45,857 nucleotides of DNA from Lenisia limosa (taxonomy: Eukaryota; Protista; Breviatea): contig LPNZ01008289.1 of assembly GCA_001655205.1 (NCBI GenBank), positions 1 through 45,857 of the forward strand, read 5' to 3'. Shown in pieces: positions 37,177-45,857 of this stretch. The notes under the pieces are model-generated. The model saw only the letters and a list, made by a program, of their open reading frames with translations, made no database searches and was not told the DNA's origin. The position numbers and the translations under genes are program-made. Within the stretch, counting starts at the first letter, position 1, and every line of letters starts with the position of its first letter.

Positions 37177-37246
37177 TTTACTTTTGTTTGTCTTTTTTCT
37201 CATCTTTTGACCTTTTTATCCCTTTTTAGTGTAAAAGACATTTAAA

Positions 37247-37938
37247 ATGGGTTCTGGTATGAGGAGTGGTTAAAATTTGAAACAAGAAGTCCCACTTTCG
37301 ATTTTTTGTTCCCCTGTTCAAAATGACTTCGTCTAACAGTTTAGGCAAGCCTCGTGGTATTCTCGCAGCTCGCAAGCTCCGCGTCAAGCGTCGCGAAAAC
37401 CGCTGGGCCGATAAGGCTTACAAGAAGGCTCATCTTGGTACCTGGATCAAGTGCAACCCCTTCGCCGGTGCTTCTCACGCTAAGGGCATCGTTGTTGAGC
37501 GCATGTAAGCATATGTGGATTAGGGAAAATTGAACATTAGACCAATCTTTAATTGATGTTTTGTGCGCTTTATTGATTGTTTCAGTGGTATTGCCGCCAA
37601 GCAGCCTAACTCCGGTATCCGTAAGTGCATCCGTGCTCGTCTCATCAAGAACAACAAGAAGATCTCTGCCTTCGTTCCCAACGATGGTTGCCTTCACTTT
37701 GTTGAGGAGATGGTATGTTTTCTTACTAATTGTGTAGTTCCTTTCTAACTCTCTTAGGACCAGGTCCTCATCGCCGGTTTCGGTCGTAAGGGTCACTCCG
37801 TTGGTGATATCCCCGGAATCCGTTTCAAGGTCGTCAAGGTCTCCGGTGTCTCTCTCTGGGCTCTGTTCCGTGAGAAGAAGGAGAAGGTTTGTATTTTAAA
37901 GCAGTATTTTGATTTGACCTTTCCAGCCTCGTTCTTAG
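37247..37938 (+). CDS. RPS23: 40S ribosomal protein S23 (uS12), 5 exons
   Basis: Spliced product [16 protein letters not shown]...[22 protein letters not shown]...[34 protein letters not shown]. Four GT-AG introns. The ORF-track start at 37323 lies in intron 1. Confidence 0.97.
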
Positions 37939-38135
37939 ATTTTGAGTCCCAAGGTCACGATGCTCACAACCCAGTTTCATGTTGTTATGCATCTTTTCAG
38001 AACAAAACCATTGGAGCATATTGTAATGATTTCATATGCTTTTTTCCCTGGTTATCTCTTTCCTCTTCTGGGATTTGAGGCGCCTGCTTAGTTGTCAACT
38101 TCATTCTGTTTAAAAAATCGGTTTACCATCATCCT

Positions 38136-38960
38136 CTACTTCCCTCTTAGCGTTCGTGCAACATTCGGAAGGAATAACCTTGGAAGCATAAAAAGAAATA
38201 TAAACCTGAGCTTGTACTGCAACCTCCCTCCAATCACATCATAATTCAGTTCTTTGATATTTTCCCCCGGTCGCAGGGCTCCTCTTTCTCTCCCTGTCAA
38301 TCCGTCAACATCAATCATTCTTTATTCCAGGATTCCAGGTACAGGTGTGCCAGATAGTGGATGAAGAAATGGAGGAAGGAGCAGCGCTTCTTTCCCCTCT
38401 TCCGTCGATCAACCTAACCCCTTTGGACTTCTCTGTTGACGCCGGAGTTTCAGCTGCCCTTAGGTTAGGCAACATGCTGTACTAGAAACCTATAATTTGG
38501 GTAATGTTCTCTGGGCTACCCCCCCCCCCCCCAANNNNNNNNNNNNNNNNNNNNNNNNNNNNNNNNNNNNNNNNNNNNNNNNNNNNNNNNNNNNNNNNNC
38601 TTGAATGTTTCGCTTACTCTGATGAATAAAGGTCGGCTGAGAAGGCCTTCCTGAGGTGCGAACAAAACCTTTCAACTGCATCGCAATTCTTTGAAGAGCA
38701 CTGTCAGATATCCTTGACAGCCTGTGGAAACTCGGCTCTCTTTTTGGTAGGTCATTGGAGGACAAAGGTTGTGGTTTCCCATAGCTTTCTGGGGAATGAT
38801 TGGCAAAGGTGTAATACTTTAGCCGAGTACGGAGAAAGACACCTTCTCTTGTGATTGGGGTGACCTGTCCAAGACCAACGCGCTCTATGCGGATCAATGC
38901 CAGCAGGAGAACTCTCTCAGAAACGCTTGCTTTAAAGCTGAAAAACTTCACATTCAAAGC
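38136..38960 (-). CDS. Hypothetical protein (start and exon structure uncertain)
   Basis: Open segments 38136-38318 and 38600-38957 with plausible splice sites. No recognisable motif. Confidence 0.3.
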
Positions 38961-39073
38961 CAGGTTTGCATGAATTGTTTATTTTATCCTTTGGGTATCT
39001 AATAATTAACCATTTCCAGATTAATGCTAGCGCTAGAATAAGAGACCTCACGTCAGCATTATCCAGAGTTTCC

Positions 39074-41151
39074 ATGGACACTTCTGAAAGTGTGATTGTT
39101 TCCCGTGTGGCTCATGATTGTAATGAATTCATTCAGGTTGGTTAAAATACCAAGATAACTTCCATTTACACAATGATATTACTTTGTGTAATTACCTGAT
39201 TTCATTTCGCTATACTTATCCTATTTTCTTTAGATTTCTGAACTTTCTGCACTCAAACACCCATCTTTATTTGAACAATCAGCCTATTGCGGAGTTAGCA
39301 TTGATTGGTTGGGAGGAAAGGACAATTTAACCTTTGGTCTTTTCCCCCTTTTTTTTTCAAAAACAAGTTCCCACTCGGATTCACAAATTCCAGCATCTTC
39401 AAACGGGATGCTATCAACTGCTCAACCAAATTCATGGACCTTTTTGTGGAGTATCCTCTTTCTGAGGTTGGAGGGGTTTGGTTACGTCTCCAATGACAAG
39501 GTTACATTTTCTGACCTTTGCTTCTCCCAATAGAGGATATTTTAACAATTCAGTCCCGCCAACTCTTCCTTCCAGTCGCACATAATGACCTTGTCTACAT
39601 AGCCACCAATGGCATGTCCTCAGAGATGCAGCCAGCACTCTTTGAAACTCTTGAAAACTGGCCTGAGTATGTGGCACGAACAGCCAATCTTTCATGTTGT
39701 ACTATTTTGTTTTTGTGTTTGGTGGTTGCAGTTTTTCTGTCCACTGCCAAGCCTTACAATTCTGTGTTCATCTTCCTTTACACTCCTTAGTGAATATACG
39801 AACAAATCTTTTGAAGCAGTGTCAAATCTGAAGCCGCTAACCGCCCCTTTCAAGTTGTACCCTTCCGCCCGAGAGGCTGTTGCTGAATACCGGAAATCAG
39901 TGGGATTAGACGGATGGGCTATGAGTACATACGTTTGCTTTGTTTTCTTCTTTGAAATACACTTACAATTCTGTAGAATCCTGGGATTGCAGATGATGAT
40001 GTTACTCTCATTATTTGTCGTGTGGTTGTTGATGAGGTAAGATTTGAATATCTGATGGTTTATTATGATATGGATGAAAATATTGAGAGCACATTTGGAT
40101 CGCCGGAGTGATCTTCTTGCGTTTGGTTCTCACCCCCCCCCCCCCCNNNNNNNNNNNNNNNNNNNNNNNNNNNNNNNNNNNNNNNNNNNNNNNNNNNNNN
40201 NNNNNNNNNNNNNNNNNNNNNNNNNNNNNNNNNNNTTATTCAAAAGAATGGCGATGGGTTACCAAGTACGCTCAATGAATGTCATAATATGACTACTGGC
40301 TTTTTGGCTTCTCACACTTTTTTAGTACCCGTTTCTGAGCCCAAGCCCGAGCTATTACCTCCACAAGTTACGTCAGATAATCACCATTTAATCTGGACCG
40401 CGGAGTCAATACTCCCAGTGAGTTTTCTTCGATGAACTGTATTTACAATAACTTGCACCATAGGAGTTTTTCATTATATTCCGCGGACAAGTACCCCCAA
40501 CATTCACCTCGCTACCCCGGGGGCTTCGGGGAGACCACCAACTTACTGCAGTTCCTGAAGCGTCAAACCTGGCCATTCAAGACCTCGCAAACTACTCCTC
40601 CTGTGTCAGAGCGAAGTTTGTTGAGGGAACTCCTTGCAATTTAAAATTTTTGCAAATTATTGGAATGTTGGTCTTCTTTTGTAATCTGTTAGTATCATGA
40701 TTTTTTTATAATTATTATTCGCAGTTCAAGTTAAAACAATGTTCACATCACACAAATTAGGGCTTCACGGCTGAATCATCATCAGCAGTCCAGAGTATTC
40801 GATTTGTGGCCAAAGACAGAAACTGGCAAAACGTATGTGATGGCTTTTGGCAATCTTTCTTTATGCCCTGGCACTGGAAAGGCACACCAAATGCATTGGC
40901 AAATCAAAATATGATGACACATGTCAAAGTTGTTTACACCATCACACATATTTGATTGCAGTATCATCATTTGCCGTACAACTCTGTGTATACAACTTTC
41001 TGTGTGCCTCTTCAGCCTAGAAGAACTTTGTCACAAAATGCAGGAAGAGAAGGAGAGTGAGGCCACCTTCAGGCAGATCCGAGCTCGAGTCCTTGATTGC
41101 CGAAGAGCCTCTCTGTCCTGGACGGTATATTTTAGGGATCCTCCAAATTGA
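39074..41151 (+). CDS. Hypothetical multi-exon protein
   Basis: ATG exon MDTSESVIVSRVAHDCNEFIQ followed by a GT donor, then a series of AG-GT-bounded open exons, with a final exon ending YFRDPPN-TGA. Family not recognised. Confidence 0.5.
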
Positions 41152-41399
41152 GAAAAAAACTACAAATACACCCTTCTATCAATTCAACGGAATTACAGCA
41201 GGCCATGGAAAAATTATAACCCAAGCCTGTTATAATTGATATCAACCAACAATGGTACAAGTTCACTTCAAAGCAAAGACAAGCATTATGGTTCTGCAAT
41301 CATAAATTTTCTAAAAAAAAAAAAGGGGGGGCACAACATACCCATTACTTCTTACCCCCAGGTGTTTGTGGGATTCTGTGCTGTCACTAAATCGAATGG

Positions 41400-44350
41400 A
41401 TACCATTGTCACTGCCCATTTGGTGAGTTTACCAAATCTTAGACCCAAGTTAACATCTTTAGAATACAATTTCCCGTTTCCGACAGTATGAAGAGAAACT
41501 GCTGGGGATTACCACAGACCGACAGGTGAAGGGGGGGGGGGTCAACATTGCCGTTTTTTTAGATAATGTCGATTTTTCTTGATAGCTTATTCCATGAAGT
41601 GAAACCCTCTTTTTGAACATCTTGACAAAAGTAGGCGCAAAACGAAATGCTTGGCCACAACCTTGCATTTGCAGCAGCCTCGCCAATAGAACTAATTATG
41701 TCGACTGCTGCCCAGAATCGTCTGGTACATACTCGTGTGGAGTTGGAGACCATATCTTAGCCCTTTTGTATTGTCATAAGTCAGCCATTAGAATTATGTA
41801 AATGACATAAAAATGACAGAATTCTAAAAAAAAATAAAAAAAAATACAGACCATACACCATTTAACAGTCTGAGCGAGGGAAACGAGGGAATTTCAGAGT
41901 GCTTCAGATATGTCGTTCATTGTAATGTGCCTTGATTGTAATGATGACGAGAACCAAAATAATCACTGACACTTATCAAACTCCAACCTTTTCCTGTTCA
42001 AGCATTAAATATCTTGTTTCATCTGACACCCTCTTATACTCCGAGCGAAGGAATTGGATTAAAAAGAAGCTAATGAGGTGAGAACAGAATCAAACACTAA
42101 AATCGATTCGTTCAATACAAGAAAATACCAAAAAGCATAGCAAATTGCCAACTTTGCTATGAAGAATGTGGAGAAGTAAACCGCATCAACGTACGAAAAG
42201 GGGCCCGTTTCCCACGCACACTCATCTTTGAGGGTTAGAAACCACTGTAGCCAGGAAATCACAACATTCCTCTTCCACTTACGTGGAAGTACTCTGTTCC
42301 AAAACACTATTGGGACTTCACTTGGGATCCAAAACAGAAGGAAGAGGAGGAGGAGGCATCGTGCAAGTCCAGATGCACGGTCTTAAGAGATCACTTAGCA
42401 GAATCAACGTGTGATCCGTAAATAACCCATTTATTGAATGTGATCTACTAGTAGACAGTTATTTCACTTCACCCAATCCTTGGCAACTTGTAAACACAAA
42501 TTCCCAACAAACCACGTTTAGGTCCAGGTGAAAAAACGTTATACAGAGCAAAGAATACGACAGGCAAGCGACATAGCACATATGAACCCAGAAAGGCATA
42601 TGACAGCTGCGGGGTACTTTCAATAGGACTAAAAACAATGAGCAATTCTCAAATTGAGTGTAGATATCGTCTAACGAGAGACCAAAAACAAACACTAATT
42701 ATGAATCTGCAACAACTTAGTGTGCGCGTTCTGAAGCCACCCCATCCACCTGAAATCAATGATGACCGAGGCAATGTAAACTACAAAAAAGAGGATGAAC
42801 AATGTCCAGTAGCACCGAGACTTGCCTAGTCCGTGACGTTTCGTGTCCAGACCGCTGCGACAATGAGTCTGTTGGGTACAACAGGTGGGAAGGAAGGCAA
42901 AGCACGCTAAGTTAAGGTGGAAGTGCAAATATGATACTATTGGTGTGTAGAACCATCAAACTTGAGAGAAAGAGGAGTTTCCTCCGAAAAGCACAGTGAA
43001 GGGGGAGGTCCGGCTAAAGTGTCAAAGAGAAATGAACAGAAGCTATCAAGAGAAGTCTTTTTAAAATAAAAGGAAGAAATATAAGGTATAGAAGTAATCA
43101 CAACTTACGAACAAATTCCACAAACCTAAAGACCCTCGATGAATGGACTGATGTAGTAAGGCACCTAGGGAGAGACTAGTTAGTGGTCTTCAAGGTTCAT
43201 GTTCAGTAACTGATATTTTGAAACTGTTCACCACCAATAAGCAGTCATCGTTCCACCCATTATGCTATGCTACTGTGCCGACCTGAAAGTGCCAAAACAG
43301 CGCCACCGTAAAGGATGAGCGTAGTTGAAAACAAGAGCGAAGGGAGCTAGTGGTAAGCCAATTGAATAGGGAAAATGTATCGTTGCAAAACGTAATGATT
43401 ACTTTTCAAGACCTTTTGCTCAAAAAATTCCTGATACTATGGATATATTCTTATATTTATTCTAGGGCTCCGTGCAATTAATTGCAAGCGGCTACTAATT
43501 GCCCAAATTTATTCGCAATTACTATGTAAACCAACGTTCAGCCTTGATTTGCCACTCCATTACCTGTCCGTCCAAATGCGGCCCTATAAAATATCGAACA
43601 GAATCCGTTGCAGCACTGAACGGTGAAAATAATCCCCCTAACAAATTATGTTGTATTTTCAGTTGCGACAGCTCACCGCAGGGCTAGGAAGAAAAAGGCC
43701 ATCACCCATGGCATTGACGACACCTTGGGGGTGTACAGGAGATAGTGTCTATTACTCGTGTGGACTGAGTGTAAATATAAAATATAGTTCAAAGCAGGCA
43801 ACAAAAAGATTTTTTGATACTTACCTTTTACTCCATGGTACTTGACATACACAATGCTGCAGAATGCAATTGTGAACAAGAACGCTAGCCCAAAAAAGGT
43901 GCCTGTCGAAGGGTATGCTAGATTATCTGCGAGCTAAATAAGCGAGTTTTCTTAAAGCGGCAATTGATTCAATAGCTTACCAACATCATCCAAACATGGT
44001 GGACACACGGGGACGTCAGCAGGGTGGCCGTGGTAGTACATGTTATTGGAGTCAGCATCCTCAATCACCATCCTAAACGTAGTTATCAGATTGATGTAGG
44101 TTGTTGGCACGATTCATAGTACAAACATTTTTGGCCAGCAACAGAAAATCTTGTGAGAACGTCTTCTTTCCTATCACTTCTCTAGATGCGGTGGTTAAGT
44201 CAGGGTGAAGGTGAAGGTAGAGGGGTGACGGAGGGATAAGAAAATATCCCAGAATATATCTGCAAGCAAGTAAGTGCGTAGAAATTTGAACTCTGTGATT
44301 CTGCTGAAGCAATGCTAACAGCTGACAGTTTGTCGGAAGAGGCAGACGAT
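41400..44350 (-). CDS. Hypothetical, probably multi-pass membrane protein (may be more than one gene; boundaries uncertain)
   Basis: Hydrophobic open segments such as TTLILYGGAVLALS, FCSIVYVKYHG and YVDAVYFSTFFIAK, flanked by splice-like signals. Confidence 0.3.
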
Positions 44351-44371
44351 AACCCGGTACGGATCACGGCC

Positions 44372-44417
44372 TTTTTCGCCCTTGTTCGCCCTTTTAGCCC
44401 TTTTAGCCCTCCCTCCC
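44372..44417 (-). repeat. Degenerate 9-10-bp tandem repeat giving six GGG runs on the minus strand (G-quadruplex consensus)
   Basis: Minus strand reads GGGAGGGAGGGCTAAAAGGGCTAAAAGGGCGAACAAGGGCG. Confidence 0.7.
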
Positions 44418-44726
44418 AAAGAGAACACCTCTCAAGAAGATTGTTTAATTAATTAAACTTATTTTTTCGGAAGGCATACATCAGTGTTGAGTTGTTACCA
44501 CGAGAGCACAAGCACATCCACTGATATCAGCGGTTCGTGATGTAATTGAAGAACAAGTACTTGATAATAAATTTTATATTTGCTTCTGTCAGCCTTCTGA
44601 TATGTTCTTCCCCCTTTCACGAATACCTTTGTTGAATATCTTTTTCTTTACTCTTTGCAAACTTAACGTGCCCATCAACCCAAAGCAGAAAAAAAAAATA
44701 CACAGTATTTCTTACCCCAACAGAAA

Positions 44727-45857
44727 ATGGCAGACAAACCGCAAATGCACAGTGTTAAGCCTAAGGAGCTTGGAACCCTCATCAGGCGAGCCATTTACGG
44801 TCGTGACATTCTCGGTGCCACGTTCCTCATTAGCCAGCTCCAGGTGACTCTGCATACTGTTGATTCACCATACTCGCACAGCTAATTGAAACTTACTTCC
44901 ACTCCAGGCCAACTCAGAAGTGACGGCGGAAGAACTGAACTTCATTCAACTTAAGGCTGCTTCTGAGGGAGCCCTTCAAAATGTCTCCGATTACATTGGA
45001 ACGAAGAAGGAAGATACCCCAGCTGGTGGGAAAGTGTTGGGACCAGACACACGTGTTACAGTATTATAATATTTCTATCTTGATTCCAGGAACATAATAA
45101 TGCAACAGAACTCTGATGCATTTAACATAGTAGAGATTTCCATGCGTGCACGTGCCGTTCAGATCCTAAAATGGCTCTCAACAAATACTACTGTTGGGGG
45201 GGGGGGGGGTAAAGAAGGAACTTTCGNNNNNNNNNNNNNNNNNNNNNNNNNNNNNNNNNNNNNNNNNNNNNNNNNNNNNNNNNNNNNNNNNNNNNNTAGC
45301 TTCTTCCTCTGATGTGCCAAACTGCTGAGGTTCTTTCTGCAGTGACGTCTTTGTTGAAGGACTTGACTGACCACATCAAAGAGGTATTTATTTTCTGTAG
45401 TACTCTGTAAATCACTTACAGGTGCCATTTGGCTTGCAATGAGCATTCTTTGCATCTCACCACGTAGGCCTCAAGTGGTATCATGGAACTTGGCGATGAA
45501 GATGATGAAGCAAAAATCATTGATTTTACTGGGAGCTTGGGTAAGTGGGGTTTTGGCTCTCATAGAAATGATGGCATTCTCTATGTACATATGATATTAT
45601 ATACGTAACATCAGACTAATGATGCATTAGGAACAACATATCTCTCCCTTGGAATGTCTATTATCTCGACGTTAGTGGACTGTATGAGTGAAGATGTCAT
45701 TAAAACTGTGGACTTCGAAATACCAGGTTAGTCCCATCATCCAGGTTCACAATTATTAAGTTAACAACTTTTGTGTATTTTTTTTACACTTATATATGTA
45801 ATACATAACTATCATACTCTTAACAAGTAGTATGATATGAATATATATCATATCATA
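44727..45857 (+). CDS. Hypothetical helical protein, 5' part; continues beyond the window
   Basis: ATG exon MADKPQMHSVKPKELGTLIRRAIYGRDILGATFLISQLQ spliced in phase to ANSEVTAEELNFIQLKAA, with further exons up to 45726. Confidence 0.55.

Noticed and set aside
37323-37508. ORF-track RPS23 start [12 protein letters not shown]
   Set aside because: It lies in intron 1. ATG 37247 spliced to 37345 gives the better-conserved MGSGKPRG.
42820-42835. Possible GC-AG donor (AG/GCAAGT on the minus strand)
   Set aside because: The exon frame of this gene is unresolved, so the site cannot be supported. GC-AG introns are also common minor variants.
795-45296. N gaps read as copies of one introner or mobile element
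   Set aside because: Gap contents are unknown, estimated lengths vary, and the flanks share only homopolymer runs.
1-45857. tRNA, snRNA, snoRNA, rRNA, U12-type introns, CRISPR array or transposase
   Set aside because: By eye I found no cloverleaf or T-loop context, no convincing C/D box pair, no clear U12 donor at an exon boundary, no spacer array and no transposase or RT motifs. A covariance-model scan (Infernal/Rfam, tRNAscan-SE) would be needed to exclude small RNAs.

Overview
Gene-dense, intron-rich nuclear DNA of a eukaryote, probably a unicellular one; the taxon cannot be fixed from this window. Introns are mostly short GT-AG, which is why the ORF track shows only fragments. TAA, TAG and TGA all serve as stops, so the genetic code looks standard. 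About 18 N gaps are present, many directly after poly-G/poly-C runs. By manual exon stitching I recognise a myosin (5' part), SAM50, an ankyrin-repeat protein, a WIPI/Atg18-family PROPPIN, thymidine kinase, a glycosyltransferase with two GT31 domains, a Pin4/Cip-like RRM-R3H protein, a divergent SMC2-like ATPase, UBA4/MOCS3, a PRL/PTP4A phosphatase, an MPLKIP-like small protein and RPS23, plus several unidentified multi-exon genes. No tRNA, rRNA, CRISPR array or transposase was seen. The best leads are the non-canonical SMC2-like protein, the double-GT31 protein with one degenerate DxD motif, a dispersed family of short TATGATAT/ATATCATA palindromes in introns, a 95-bp MITE with a TTA target-site duplication, and a high density of G/C homopolymer tracts. 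None of these is a demonstrated new system. Gene boundaries are hand-derived and several are approximate.
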